Positions 14,442-29,000 of a stretch of DNA of 64,000 nt are shown here, in pieces (the first letter of the stretch is position 1; the number at the start of each line of letters is the position of its first letter). The DNA is from Epiperipatus broadwayi (Eukaryota; Animalia; Onychophora). A program made the position numbers and the translations under genes. The stretch lies in NCBI GenBank assembly GCA_028023455.1, contig JAQFVV010000003.1, positions 2,914,001 through 2,978,000 on the forward strand. Reading direction: 5' to 3'. The notes beneath the pieces were generated by a model, which did no database searches, had not been told where the DNA came from, and worked only from the letters and a program-made list of their open reading frames with translations.

Positions 14442-15036
14442 CTCTAGAAGATTAATCCTGATTTAAAATATTCATGAATCTAGCATAATCACACTATACC
14501 ATATATAAACTATTATTCTCATGCATGTAGCACCATATTAACAATTTCTGTAAACACATTTGGTTCAATTCATTTAGTTAGTTGACATCCTACTTTATAA
14601 ATAACATTGTATTTAAAAATTACAATAATAATTTTAAAAATCTTATTATGCAAGAATTGTGTTTTGTACAAACGGTACTAAATTTAAAGTTTAAAAATGC
14701 AGCTGAGAAGTTATATACACATGCAAAATGAAATAAATAACCAGTAAGAATAGAAGTAAGTAAAAAAATAGAAATTGGAGAAAAAACATGGGCATATAAA
14801 AAATAAAAATGAAAAGCATGCAGAGGCTTTTGTTTTTAAAAGCAAATATTAAAATCAGTTTTAAAGACTATAATGTTTAAATATAAAAAAAGAACAACAA
14901 TAATGAAAAAAAAAATAGAATACAATATTGAATATAATTAATTTTAGATTTATTTTAATAATAAAAAAATTACATTCAAACTTTCATTTTTTCATACAGC
15001 ACACCTACACAATATGTATTTTTAAAAACAAGATAC

Positions 15037-15110
15037 CTGAACAATATCTCGCTCAGCAATTCTTCCACGGGAGGAAAGCCTGACATCATCTCCATCAAGT
15101 TCATTCATGG
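15037..15110 (-). CDS. CPNE8-like: Copine exon: (A)[24 protein letters not shown]
   Basis: 74 bp; ELDGDD and RDIVQ motifs; AG/GT boundaries. Confidence 0.96.
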
Positions 15111-15659
15111 CTAATAAAAATAGTAAATATATGTAACATTAACTGGACTTACATGTAAGTAATAAACTAAGCTAATCTTGGAATCTCTTTTTATAAAGAT
15201 CCTGTTTTAATATTATTAGCCATTGTCTAACATAAATAAACAGATCTACATGTCATATAGCAGGCTGTTTTGATTACTATCTAGAGTTGTCATATACATT
15301 AGATATCTAAACACTTGTTTACCATGATAGAAAATAGTCTGATCTTATTATGTAAATAGTTTCATAATCTATTTATTATTTAAAATATGAATAAATTCAC
15401 TTAAGATCACAATCATATACTATATGTAAACAACTTAAGAGATTAAATACATTATGCAATGCAGAGACAATTATAATCTTATTTTTAATTTGACTTAAAT
15501 ATGTAAGTAATAGTAATTGTATAAAAAAATGCAATAAGTTAAGTGAATTTCAATGTTTCTGTATAAAAAAAGACTGGAATTTGCTTTGTTTATTATATTT
15601 GTATACAAATCTTTGGAATAAATTCTGCGATATACAAAATACTACTATATAATAATAGT

Positions 15660-15966
15660 GATAAAAAAAATTTTATATTAAATGCTTTTATTGATTGCGC
15701 ACTAAAAAGAAATAAAATTGTTTCTTCAATCACAATTAGAGTTTTTAGATTTAACTTAAAATAAAAGTATGGGAGTCCAGAAATTAATTAAATCAATCCC
15801 TTTTTTTTAAATCAAAGGATCGACTTAATTAATTTCTGAACCACCACCCTCCCATACTTTTATTTCAAGTGAAGTCTAAAAATTCCAATTGTGGTTGAAG
15901 AAACAATTAGTATTTCTTTTTAATGCACAGTCAATAAAAGCATTTAATATATAAAAAAAAATTATC
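15660..15966. mobile_element. Foldback (palindromic) MITE-like element
   Basis: ~140-bp arms in inverted orientation around a short T/A loop at ~15801-15817; related copy at 33155-33325. Confidence 0.8.
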
Positions 15967-16220
15967 TCGATTATTTTTAAGTTTTTAGTATTGGCACATT
16001 TATTGAAAATATAAAACTACATCATACTTTAAATTGACTAGACATTTATAGTTGAAATATATATATATATATATTAAGAAAATCAAGTCATACATCATGT
16101 TTAACTTAATAAGCTTGTACACATATGTAATAAAATGAATGTGCTAATAAATCAAAACAAGCTTTTCCGATAAATGCCATAAGAAAAAGCATTTAAAATC
16201 TCCATCTAGAATTATCCCCA

Positions 16221-16262
16221 TCCCCAAACTGGTTTCAAGCTGATGGCTATCATCAGTGAGGC
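16221..16262 (-). ncRNA. Type I hammerhead ribozyme motif, family 1
   Basis: Minus strand: CCTCA-CTGATGA-tAGC catca GCTt-GAAA-CcaGTT-TGGGG; helix I CCUCA/UGGGG, intact core, GUU triplet. Confidence 0.75.
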
Positions 16263-16842
16263 ACTAGGATATTCAGACACTAGATCTGAAATATCAACTC
16301 AAGTACAGCATTTATCTAATACTTTACTATTAAATAGAAAATCTGAAATTGTCAGATATCTATATGTCTTCAAATCCAGCTATCTAATTTAAATAACCAT
16401 ATGGGTCTGAAAAATGCAATTGATTGTAATACCTTTTGCTTAGCTACCCCAATTTGTCTTTGGGCAGAGAACTCAACAAACAAATGCAAAATAAAACATA
16501 CAGAGATAAGTTTTAAATTTAATTTTCACAAATATTTCCATTTGTAATAAACAGATGTTTGAATTTCTTCTAGAAGGTAAGGTTTGAATAGGAGTAAATT
16601 ATTATATTATTGTGTTGGTAATATAATGTACTAAATAACAGTAAATGAAAAGTACATAACTGAGCAAGGATTCATTATAATTTATATTTAAATAGATTGA
16701 AAAATTATAACTAATTAATGGTTTATCTGTATGAGATTACAATACATTAGTTGTGTGTATATGCTTAAAGACCAAACCAACAAAAGCATTTGAGGTCCAA
16801 CTATGAACAATATCAAGATTAAGACATTAAAAACAATTACTC

Positions 16843-16947
16843 GTCTTGCGTTGTTAGCCGAGAGGTATCGCAGCCGCCATGCAAGCAAGTAGTTGGTTGC
16901 AGACGGTTGTGGGTTCGCGTCCCGGCCGATGCTATGACACATAGAAA
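16843..16947 (+). mobile_element. Short tRNA-derived SINE/retroposon
   Basis: A-box TAGCCGAGAGG and B-box GGTTCGCGTCC; 3' part GGGTTCG..TCCCGGCCGATGC resembles tRNA-Gly(GCC); perfect 14-bp TSD AAAAACAATTACTC (16829-42, 16948-61). Confidence 0.8.
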
Positions 16948-16990
16948 AAAAACAATTACTCAAGGCTTTAATAGGTTTACAAATGTAAAT

Positions 16991-17078
16991 GATAATAATC
17001 AACTCTTAAATTATCAACAATCTCAACCTTGACTACAGGTTGAGATTGTTGATAGCTTAAGGATTGATTATTAATATC
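16991..17078. repeat. Short hairpin/palindrome
   Basis: Perfect 18-bp stem TATCAACAATCTCAACCT/AGGTTGAGATTGTTGATA, 7-nt loop, imperfect extension to ~38 bp. Confidence 0.75.
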
Positions 17079-17413
17079 AAGATTGAAACTTAAGATTATA
17101 TGTCTGCTCATTTCTAATAATAATTGCTATTGTAGGGGCATGTTTTTGTCATTTTACTTCTTAATATTTTAAGTGAAATCAAATCAAATGTAAGCACTGA
17201 AAATTTATATAATCATTATAATGTTTAACTATTATGCTATGAGCTATGTATCCTAATTTAAGTATTATCAGAAAGCTTGCCAAATTTTGTAGTAGTATTA
17301 TAATATAATTTGATATAAAATGACCATTTCATAGACAAAAACAAACATTTCTTGCATAGGTCATATCCCCAGAATCCCTATAAGCCAAGTTAAACATTTC
17401 CTCTTTTTAAAAT

Positions 17414-18015
17414 TGTCATATCTCACCTTGCCATCAGAAGTGGACTAACTCAGATTCCTTTCTTATCTGATTGGATTGAACATTCACTGCCACTAAGCAA
17501 TGGGTAAACAGAGATGTAAAACACAGCCAATGGTTAGTACTAATGAATAGGCAGTTATGTTCTCAAAATCCAATAACTGCCAGTAATGTTGGAGATCTAG
17601 TAATAAACAGTCAGTCTTTTATTATATAAGCAGAGAATGTTGGTCTAAACTTAATGACTGAACATGCTCTCATTTGAAACCACTGCCAAAAGTGCACGTT
17701 TCTATTATAGTCATTATGCTATAAGTCTGCTGCAGTGAAACAAATCTATGATAGAACTGGAAGTTGCAAAGACTAGGGCCAACTTGAGGCAAGCTGTCTA
17801 TTACAGCTGGAAGAATCTTGGCGATGGAAGTGAGTCGAGTCATTTGGACACAATCAACACAATTTTAACTAAGTTTATATATTTGTGATATTGTATTTAT
17901 TGCCTGTATAATATGTATATAAATTTGTTACTAATAAATTATACTAATTAACTTTTGAGTGTTCATATTTTTTATAACTGTCAGTTTGAGTCTGCAATTC
18001 AGACCAAACACAACA
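17414..18015. mobile_element. Possible solo LTR
   Basis: TGTCA...CAACA ends; flanks AAAAT/AGAAT (4 of 5 match); GC-richer interior with TATA-like and AATAAA motifs. Confidence 0.4.
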
Positions 18016-18499
18016 AGAATCATTATATACTACAATAAGAACATATATTTCTATACTCTTATCAATTTCTCCAGTTTGCAATCATTCTCTCAGCACTGAT
18101 ACTTTTGTTTAAATAAAACTATTTTGTTAGTCCAATATGTCATAAAAATATAAGCAAAAAAAAGTTTCTAACTTGTTTGTTATTTCATCTTTATATTTCT
18201 AATATTGTCCATACTATTTATCTTTCAAAAGTAACCTTTATTAGTATTTATTGTGATGATTCTTTAAAACAACAATCTACCTTCCAAACATCAATGTTCA
18301 ACACTTTTCCAAATTTTTTCTTGACTTCTTTTCTAAATATTCAAAGCTTCTTTTTAAACTAATTAACAGTAAAATCCCTCTAATGATAACATACATTGGA
18401 TGGCAACATCTAGGAAATTAAAATCTGGGATTAATCACTAATTTTATATAAGATTGCAATTTATAAATTATTTGAAGTTCTTACTTATTTTATTTTTTT

Positions 18500-21400
18500 G
18501 TCTAAACAATTTTATTATCTGTGATAATTAATTTACATACACAAAGAAACACTATGGAGCTGGAGATTTGCCTTATAGTTATTAGATTCAAGAATATTTA
18601 TGGAGATTGGTATATTTTTTCTATTCTCATAGCTTTCATTGAGCTTCAAATTTATATTTTTTCTACAGTAAATGCAATTACCATCTGTTTATAACACTTT
18701 TAAAAACAGCATTTTATCAAGAAATTTATTTTATCACAACATTTAGCGAAAGCTACAATACAATATTTCTCTCCATTCTAGATGTCAGATTGTTATATTT
18801 AATTACAAGAAAATATACTAGTTATAGTGCTATAAGATTTCTTTGTCCACTATATTGAAATTGGATAAAAAGAATCAGATGTAGAATATTACTGAAAATA
18901 GGAGAATTGGAAAAGAGTAAATTAGAATATAGTTATATTTACATAATGAATTAAAAAACAATAATTGTAAAATATTGACTGTAGATAATGTTAACATTCA
19001 TATTAATGAAATTGATGGAATAAAGAATGTGAATGGAATATAATTAAAAAGAATGGGAAAGGAGGAATGAAAATTGGAAGAGTAAAGTATGTGATGAGAA
19101 GTTTATGTAGTTAAGATAGAATTTGAAATTTGGTTGATTATGTGTTGGTAGACAATAAAGAAAGAATTTGAAAAGATAAAAAGTATTAGTGTTTAATGAA
19201 GAAAGAAAAAAAATTATAGTAATGATCTTTTCTGTTGGGATATCTAGAAGATTAAATAGTGAAATTTATACTAAGATAAGTTGGTATGGATGAATGGGAA
19301 ATAAATAATGAGATATTCAGTAGATTTAACAATTTCTTTAAAAAAATTATGAAAGTTGGTAAATTTAAAATTTATGAAGAAGTGAAGAAAATTGCAAATG
19401 AATATTTATTTAAAACCAATAGGACTGAAAAGTGAAAATGACAGGAAAAAACTTTAGAAAATTTATTTAAAAAGAATCACGTAGGAGTATAAAGAGGCTA
19501 TTATCAAATAACAAAATGGGAGATAAAAATTATATGAGATAGCTACTTAAGAAAAATGGAACTTAATAAGAAAGTAATTAAGAAATATTAACAAAGCAGA
19601 GGGAAAATATTGTAAAAATTTTGAAAGTAGATTAAGAACAGAAATAAAAAATGTTATACTTTTAAACACAGAGGGAGGAAAATGTGAGGATAGGAAAGAA
19701 CTTGAAGAAATTCTCAATAAATATATAATAAAAATTTTTGGTAAAGAGAAATTTATAAGTGAATATGATTCATTAGAGAGCTTAATTCCTGAAAATATGG
19801 ACAAAATGGCATATGTGAAATTGAACTGAACAAATATATCATGCTAGAGCATTAGGTGAAATGAAAACAGATATAAAAAAAATGCAATAGTTTGTTTAAA
19901 ACAAAGTTTTAATAAAATTGTAGATGAGAAGATTTCAGTTGAATGAATGTAAAAATTATATTATTATATGGATAAATGAAAAAATGATGAAAGAGAGAAA
20001 AATCTGAATGAAGATTCTTCACATGGATTTTGTTCAAGAAGACTGATAGAGATGAATTTATTCATTTCCATTTAATTGATTAATATGTCTTATAAGGAAA
20101 ACGTCATTATTTATTGCATTTTTAGATATAGAGAAGACTTATGGTAAGGAGCATAGCAATAGATTGTGGTGAAGTCTTAGATATGAAACAATTATTAAAA
20201 AAATATGCAAAGATAGGAAAAGTATGAAAATTGAATTTTAAGATATGATCTAATGTGAAAGATAACACTAGAGAATACTGAATGTCTTGAAGAAAATTTA
20301 AAAACAATTATATAGTTTGTAGTTATACATTGGCCTACTTTCATCTTCTAGATGAATTATTAAATGTTTATAGAAAAAATCAAACTTTATACTTTTCTAC
20401 ATACATTTAGTCATCACTAATAACACACAGATGAAACACAATGTTTTGAATAGAAGTATTCCCTTTTTTCTTTAGATGTTGCTGGCCTATCCAGTGACAG
20501 CTAGCATGGGAAATGAACTGGTCATCTTTAGGTTCATAAATACTTAATTTAAAGTGCTGCTCTAACTATTGAATTTCAGTATTTATAAATATAAAGGTAC
20601 CGGGTAAAAGAATAATAGCATTAAAAATATTGCATTCTATGTTGATCTAGACATTATTATTATCAAATGAATGCATATTCTAAAAACATTTAACAATTCA
20701 GTTATTTGATGGAAGTAGTACACCATACAAACAAATGTAAAATAACATTACAAACATTCAGATAATAATATAGATGGTTGAGAATTAGAGTTTAGAAACA
20801 AAAAAATAAAATAAAATTAATTAAAAATCTGCCATATTTTTCACAAAAATACATATAGAATAATTTTGAAAAAAGTACAATATCTGCTTAAACATTCTGA
20901 AATGATGACAGTTTGTATTGGCCAGAAAAACTCACAAATTTGTAAATGGAATGTAAAAAGTAGATAGATATATATATATATTGTGTAGTAAACTGTAGAC
21001 AGTAGATGAGACTAATGAAGACAGAGTGTGGTTGACTTCCATTTTAATGAGGGGAATTAAAAGCTACAGAATATGATGAAAGTAGATTAATAAAATTTAG
21101 AGTTCAATTGGATTATGTGGAGAGGACAACAAACACATTGGACAAGAAAGTAACACTAAAAGGAGCTTATTGTTATTTGGTGCAAATATGGTAATTTTTA
21201 GATATCAAATAAAGAAAATTTAAAAAAAATGTTGAGATCGGAAAGAGAATATTGAACATTGATTTTTTGAGTATAAAATGTTGAAAGAGCATCAAAATAA
21301 ATTGTGTGGAGAATGAAAAAGGAATATATTTTTTTTTTAGTTAGATATTTATATAAAAAAGGGTAATATGAGATAAGATAGTAAGCCTAATGAAACAGCT

Positions 21401-21550
21401 TTTACTAATATGAGATAGAAGAGGAAGAAAATCAGAATGATTTGATAATAAGGAGCAAGAAATAGATGAATTTATTTTGGTATGTAATAGTTTCAGATGA
21501 AGGAAATATTTAATTTGGCTAATAGAGCTTTTGGACATTTGCTCTATGCC
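18500..21550. mobile_element. Highly decayed non-LTR retrotransposon RT remnants (both strands)
   Basis: Strong strand-skew blocks. Degenerate RT-like peptides: + strand LLFGANMVIF..KENLKKML (~21170-21240); - strand QG...FFVYVN (~18530-18570). Confidence 0.35.
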
Positions 21551-22299
21551 CAGACACTTTTAACTTCATCTAAGATATGTTATAATTACATTGCTATATC
21601 AATATTTTTTGAATGTTTTGAAAGTTAAATATAACTTAAAAGCAATGAAGATGATGATGATGTAAAATAACATTCTTAGATGAAGTTAAAAGTTTTCTTG
21701 CATAGATTATATGTTCAGAAATTCTATTAGCTAAGTTAAACCTTCCTTTTCTCTGAAATCTTTATATATCACAATAAATTCACCTACTTCTTAATAAATC
21801 ATTCCTTCAGCTCTCATTCATTTTTTTCTTTTCTTATTCCAGTTTAATGAAGGATATTTTATTAATTTACTATCCAATCCTCATATTTCTAATTTTTATT
21901 GTAATGACCTAAAGAAAATATAAAATCTCTAGGTACATTTTTTTGGCTTTTAAATTTTCCCACCTCCATATAATTTATCTTCATCTCCTTTCAATATTTT
22001 ATATTTCAAAAATGAATGTTCAATACTCTTCTTCCCATCTCCATGTGAATTACATCTACAATCTGAATCCTTATTGTATTTTTGTCTTCATTTTACTATC
22101 TAAAGCTCTTACCAAACAACAATAAGTTCTCTTTATTGATAACATACTTTCACATTTTTTAATTCTTATATGACTCCAAAGTAATTTTTTATTATTATTT
22201 CCAATAACTCTTTTTTTCTCTCTCTAAATTTATCTATCTATTTTTCACACCCCTCATGATCATGTATCTATAATAAAGTCTCAAGACATTTATCCCATT

Positions 22300-22950
22300 T
22301 TTTATATAAATACATCAAAATAAATTCTATATCTATTAGTTTTGCATATTGTAACTCTTTCTTACTCAATAGTTTTAATTATCCTAGCCACATAATCCAA
22401 TTAAACACTATTTTACTAAATTACTATCATTAATACATTTCAATCTTCCAAACATTTTAATTTGCTTTTCTCTCATTAAAAAAGAATTACATCCCTATTT
22501 TCCATTGGATAGTCTTATTTTTTGTCCACAATTAATCATCCAGTGCATACACATTTATTTTTTTATGTTTTGAGTTTCCTAATTAACGCAAAGAACCTTA
22601 CTTTGGAAATGTTGAAACAGATACCAAATCCCTTTCCAACTATTTCATTATATAAGAAACATGCCATATTTTAATCAAACCCATTCTATTTTTTGCCTTC
22701 TCAATTTCCTAGTGCCTATATAATTTCTTTTGTCATTTAATAATTTATCAATATTCTTATACTTTTTCAAAATAAATATCTTTCATTTTATACATTTTAG
22801 TTCTAACATCTCAGATTTTTATTCACTGAAATTAATTGTCAGACTTCTTTCTCTAATAATGGCTCCATGTCCTTTATAGTATTTAAAAAAGTTTTATATT
22901 GTCCCCAAAAAATGAGCATTCATGGAAGTTGATAGTAGTACCACTGCTAA
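22300..22950 (-). mobile_element. Decayed LINE (RTE-like) RT C-terminal remnant
   Basis: Degenerate FFGDNIK (xADD-like) followed by thumb-like segments (EIEKAKNRMG). Confidence 0.4.
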
Positions 22951-23628
22951 GTATTGATTGTTAATTCTATCTAGTCAGTTTTAATAGTATGACCCTATCA
23001 TTTAAAATATAAAGATATTATCATTATCCAGTTAAGTGTAATCAAAAAAGTTATGGGGTAACAAGTAATAATGAACTCAATGGAATGTAAAAACATGAAC
23101 TGTATGTTACACAAAAACAATGCTTTTGATATGATGCATCAACTAGAGTTTAAATCCAGACTAAGTAATCATTCCATAGAACATGAACATAGCAATTTAA
23201 TATTAGTCAATAAATAGATGTTTGGCTATTGGAAAACTCTGGTGAATAATGCCTTCTCCTTCATTGTTTTCAATGAAGTGCTGTAGGAGTGTTTTTATCC
23301 TAAATGTTATTTAAAGTATCTTTTACCTTGTGTATTTTTATTTAAATATACAATTGTGTTATTTTCTGATGTTTTTGATAGTGCTTTTGATTCAATATCT
23401 AGATTCAACCATTCAAATTCTCAAACTATACTAAATTCTGTATATCAAATAATCTTGACTAATTTTTTTGAAAGTGTAATTTGAAAGTATAATCATCACA
23501 GATCATATTTTCATTTTTTAATAAAAACAAATTTGTAATATATCTGGTAATTTATAAAAAATAAAAAGCAAACATCTACAACAAAAAACACATTAGTTTT
23601 AATATCAGAGTCAGCATATAAAACATAC

Positions 23629-23686
23629 CTGTAAAATCAGCATTACCAATGCCAACAATGATAATGGACATTGGAAGTGTGGCTGC
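23629..23686 (-). CDS. CPNE8-like: Copine exon: AATLPMSIIIVGIGNADFT
   Basis: 58 bp; LPMSIIIVG motif; AG/GTATGT boundaries. Confidence 0.96.
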
Positions 23687-26520
23687 CTATAAAAAATAAA
23701 AGATAATATATTAAACATAGTAACAAATAAAATTTTACATTTATTTCAGTAAATAGAGATGATTCAAAAGACAAGTTTATGGGTCAAATGTATTAATCCT
23801 TGAATAATAAAATTCACTGGTTGCTTTATAATGCATTTTTAGTGAATTCTGGGATAGGTAAATATGTTTAAGTAAAACTTTCAACAAAAATAATTGGGGA
23901 AATTATTCTTAGTAAAAAGTTCATAATAAGTAAAACTTTTAATGATTCATAAAAGCAAACATAAATTATGGATGAATATTCCTAATTTTCACAAAAATAC
24001 TGAATAAATTGACAAAAAAACTAAACTGATGTTCATTTTTAGTTATTTTGAAGTGAAAATTTTTTGGTTGCCAAAAAGAAAAGAATAAATCTGCTAATAA
24101 CAGCTAATTTTACAAAAATTTCTCTTTTTATTAACGTTCAAACATTATTATAGTTTAAATCATAAATAATGTGATGAAAGATTACTTCTACATAAATGAC
24201 AAACTATTTTCTTTAGTATTGACAATAGTCAATTATCTCTAAAAACATAAAATCAATATAAATAAAGAACTAACTTTTAATCCATACATTATTAGCCACC
24301 ATTGACTTCATGAAATGTAAATGCAAATAGATGCATTATTGTAAATATTTAGCACTATAATCTACAGATATCTATTGAGTTTATAATCTATATATCAGTT
24401 GCTGAACTTAATCTATTAATAGAATCTACATATGATGGATAATAAATGCCCTTCAGCTGTGATAATTAAATGCAACAACTAATAACAGTAGCCAACCAAA
24501 TATTATTTCCTGCTCCTTTATAATATGTTTGCTTGTCAAAACCTAAATATTGTTTTACATATAAACAGTCTTTTCAGCTTTCTCTCTACATTAATTTTGT
24601 TGTCACTTTTCATTTAAGTAAGTTTAGAGTTTAGTTATTATAAGCTCCTCATCCAACAGCAGAATCACTTTGTATCAACTGGGTAAAGATTATGTTTCTG
24701 TATCCATATGCATTCTCAATGACTATGTCACCAAACTTTTCTCTCTCTCTCTCTCTCTTTTTGCAGAGTTCTTTTTGTTAAGAAATTAATGACTGAAACA
24801 GATTTAGATTACTGGAATCCTTACTTATGATTTGTGCTTTGGGAAGCCCAAATTACAAATCCTCCTTAATATAAAAATAAAGAAAATAAAAAATGATAGT
24901 CTGCAAGTGATTAGAATCACACAATATGGATATGCTAATGTATCTAGCAAATCACTTATCAAAATGATAGGTATTAAAGATATATATATTATTTTTTTCT
25001 AAATATCAATATATGAAATGTACAAATTATATTCATATGATCTCTTCAAGATCTAAATAGAGGATAATGTTATCAAAATTTAAGATTGATATAACTGCTC
25101 TTGGTGAAATTTGTGTAATTATTATAGCCATCTAAAGTGGCTTCAAATTTTTTTTGGAAGGGCAGATGAAGTAAAAAAAAACTGTATATTATATTAGTGT
25201 TATTACATTAATACCATTAAAACTTTTTTTATTTTTGGAAACATTAATGCATATATTGTAGGAACAGTACACTTTATCAAACTTATAGAAAATAATAGTA
25301 TTGGTGCTGTAAACTCAAATGATTTGCTGTTATTGAATTTTTGCACAATATATGGATTGACTATTGAATGCTTTGTTTTGACAGAAAATCATTATAAAAG
25401 AATTTGGATATATTCACATCCAAAACAATAGCATCTCAATGTAAAATTCATATTATCTGAATATTTATAGGCATGGATTGCTGTATAGATCATAGAAAGG
25501 TTAAAATAATAATTGCATTTAAAAAATAGGACCTATTAAAACATAGTGGTAGAAAATTTGACATTTATTCCTTAGAAATAACACTTATCCATACCAAGTT
25601 TTGACAGTTATTAAACAGTAAAATTGTCAATTTAAATTTTCAAGAATATCACATTATTAAAACACAGTTCTTTTAAAAAGTGTGTTGTGGATACAGATAG
25701 GTTTTGACTTCACTAAAAAAAAAAACCAAGTTTTCTGACAATGATTCTATTATTGATGATTTGATTTTAAAAAAAACATTTATGCTTGCCAAAATAATAA
25801 ATTGAATATGGAGTATCAGAAGCATTGTGGAAATTTAAAAACAAAAGTTCTAAGATTGACAAAAAGACTTAAAAATAACTACTGGATTAAAACAAAGGAT
25901 ATATGATTATTCACTGGATATGGTCACCTGGATTTGTGTGTGTGTGTGTGTGTGTCATGAAAAGTAACAGATTTTAAAAAGAGTATATCATAATCCTATT
26001 AGATTCATTATAAAATACTGATATTTTAAACAGATATTAGAAGTGAGTGTTCTGATTAACTCTGAATAACAATGTAAAAATTGAATTGATATCTTTTAAT
26101 GATATATCCTTCCAACTTACTCATTAATATCTATCAAAGATATTCAGTTTATTTCCAATTTTATAAAAGGATACAAGTTCTTATGAAATACCTGGGTAAA
26201 TTTTAAAAATACGATGTTAGGTTCAAAATGAAAAAAACTTTTTTAATAAAATGTTTAACCAAAAGGTCCTAATCTTAATGAAACTTCTGAAATAAAGAAA
26301 AAGTTATCAAGATTTAATGCAATTTTAGAAAATCAAGAATTTGTTGCTAGACAAGTGCAAACAAAAGTATCAAAATGAAAATGCAATAATGTTTTCAATT
26401 CAAGCTTATTAGCTTATATAGTTATTTGGATTTGAACCCAATTCAGTATCTATACTTACTGGGGTCTTGGTTCTTTAATAACCACAGTCACCATAATAAT
26501 ATTGGGCAGAATTGGTATTA

Positions 26521-26769
26521 AACCACTAAACATCACATGGATACCATTCTTTATGCTTACACAAGCTGTTTACACAGAGGCAAAACTCTCCATACAGTAG
26601 CATTAGATTCTAAGATCTAGATGCAGTGCTCTCAAATCCAAGGCTCCCCACTGATGAAAGCCACAAGCTAGAAAGTAATCTAGAGATATTCGATGAATAG
26701 GCATTAGATAGGAATTTTAAGTACAACCTTCCTGCATTCATTGATTATTCTGGCTTGCACTCAGTGTCA
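26521..26769 (+). mobile_element. Hammerhead-containing dispersed repeat, family 1 (decayed ribozyme at 26636-26694)
   Basis: Collinear similarity to 32067-32303, 32836-33022 and 62027-62222; CCCCA-CTGATGA-aAGC cacaa GCTa-GAAA. Confidence 0.85.
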
Positions 26770-27049
26770 AAAACAGTTTCTCACTAAAACAATTTTCTTT
26801 TTTCTATTCTTCAATAAAATATTTAGAGTAACACTCTTCATTTTATTTTCTTATTGCCAAAGATATTATTATTTCTCATTAATATCTTATAAAAAGACGA
26901 TTTAAAAGGCAAAGAAATAAAATCATATTCTTTTTTATTAACATTTAAAAATTATTATTATCACTACTGTAATTCTTATTAAATAAAATATCCTTTTTCT
27001 ATATATTATAATACCCTATACATTTTTTTTAACAAAGCTATATTTTTAG

Positions 27050-29000
27050 AACTATTTAACTTTTCCTATCTATAACAATAACTGCTTAAAGTAGCTATCT
27101 TATGAATAAGTTTTAAATTCTTTTAATATTAAGCTATGAACTACTTAGCAAACAATTATTTTTTAAATCTTTTATCAATAATAAATCTAAAAACTTTAAT
27201 TAAACAAAATCCAAATTCCCCTCCTTTTAAAATGTTTTATAGAAGGATCAACACTCTTCCAATTTATCCTTTCCCACTACAAATGAACAATCACCAACAT
27301 ACCTAACAAACAATTTTATACAGACATTCACAATGAATAATTCTCATAAATCAAACAAATTAAAGCTGAACTATCATAGCCTATTATCCATCCTTCTTTA
27401 ATCATATAAAACCATTATAAGTAAAACACATAGAATCCTCCAATAACAAAAACAACTCTTTAATAATCTTAATTTTATTTCTAAACAAAAATCCATTACT
27501 AATTAACACACAAATAAAAACCTCATTACTTTACTATGGGTATGTGAGGGTTAATATTTAATAAATTTTCTTAAATAATATTAGAAACATCAAGATTTTA
27601 ACTAAATTAAGTGATAAAATGGAATGTGTAAGATGGCTAATTTATTTCTTAAAAGCTATACAAAATTTAATGTTTTCCAAAAAGTTGTAAAATGAATCTT
27701 AGTAAAAATAAAAAAATTGTCTGATAATACAAATTTAATTTTAAATATGCAGGCTGTACTTTTGAATTATTTTTAAAAAAGAATTTATTAGATTATATAA
27801 ATTTCTGACTTTAAAAGGAATAGAAATAAGTAAAAGAAAAAATTTGAATTGTTCAATTTTGAATTGTTTTGTGGGCCAATTTAGAAAGACTAAAACTAAA
27901 TTTTATTGTATGAAATATGAACAGAATATATTAGTAATAAATTTATTAATCTTACTAAGATTGATTTAACTGCAGTAGAGATGGAAATTTTTAGTAAAGA
28001 TTTATTTGGTGTTGTCCTCTTCTGTAATAACAATTTAATTGCTGATACAATTGATTTATTGAATCCACTAACTTAAATGATGAGCAACAAATAGGCATCC
28101 AATTAGTTTTAATTAAAAGTTGAAAAAATAAATAAAAATTTTTTTAATTGGTCCTGGTAGCTGATGATGTAATCATTTCTCATGGAAACAAAACTGATCA
28201 TTTTGTTATTATGAAAGAGAATACTTTTAGAGAAAATGTAGATGGACATTTAAATAATAAAAAAAAGATTCTGACAGCTTCATTAAAAAAAATTTATTAT
28301 ATATTATGAGGAAAATGAAAAGCTAAAAAAAAATTTAATACAATGGATTTATTTAAAATGGTATCCAAATAATTTCATATCAGCTAAAACAAATATTAAA
28401 ACTCATAAAAAAGACTTTAAGATTTATTTTTAATTTTACTGATTGTTTTGTTAAAAGAATTTCTAGAATTCTGAATTTTTATGTTTACAAGGGTTTATCA
28501 ATTTTTATAATTACAAGATTTCATCTTTTTTTTTTTAGGCTTTTGATAAGATTAACAATTTGAAGATTAAAGATAATAGGATATATGGTAATTTTAATAT
28601 AAGGAAAAGGTATCAATCTGTTAAAAGATTAAGCAATATTAATATTCGTGTTTCTGTGTTAGTTAGTAATGAATCTGTGTTTGGAAATAAAATTAAGGAT
28701 ATTAAAGAGTTCTTTTGTTGTTGGAGGATAAATTGGAAGAATTATTAAATAAATTTAATAGTTATTATACTTCTATAAAACATATTTTAGAAGGAGGGGT
28801 TGTGATGGATTTTGTTCATTTAAAGTTTTTAGCTCTATTAATAAGAGATTTAAAAAATAATTGTTTAATATGGAGTTATTATGTTAAAAATAGAAATTTA
28901 AGACTTATTTTTATCCAGATAATTATCAAAATCTGACTTTCATAAAAAGTTGCTTCAACTAATTTTATGATAGAAATGAAAAATTAAATAGTTCTAATAT
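27050..29000. mobile_element. Decayed Penelope-like RT remnants (minus ~27050-27500, plus ~28500-29000)
   Basis: RYVGDCSFVV (minus, ~27270-27300) and GVVMDFVHLKFLALLI..WSYYVK (ORF 28715-28936) resemble the PLE RT GxxMG and RYVDD regions. Confidence 0.4.
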
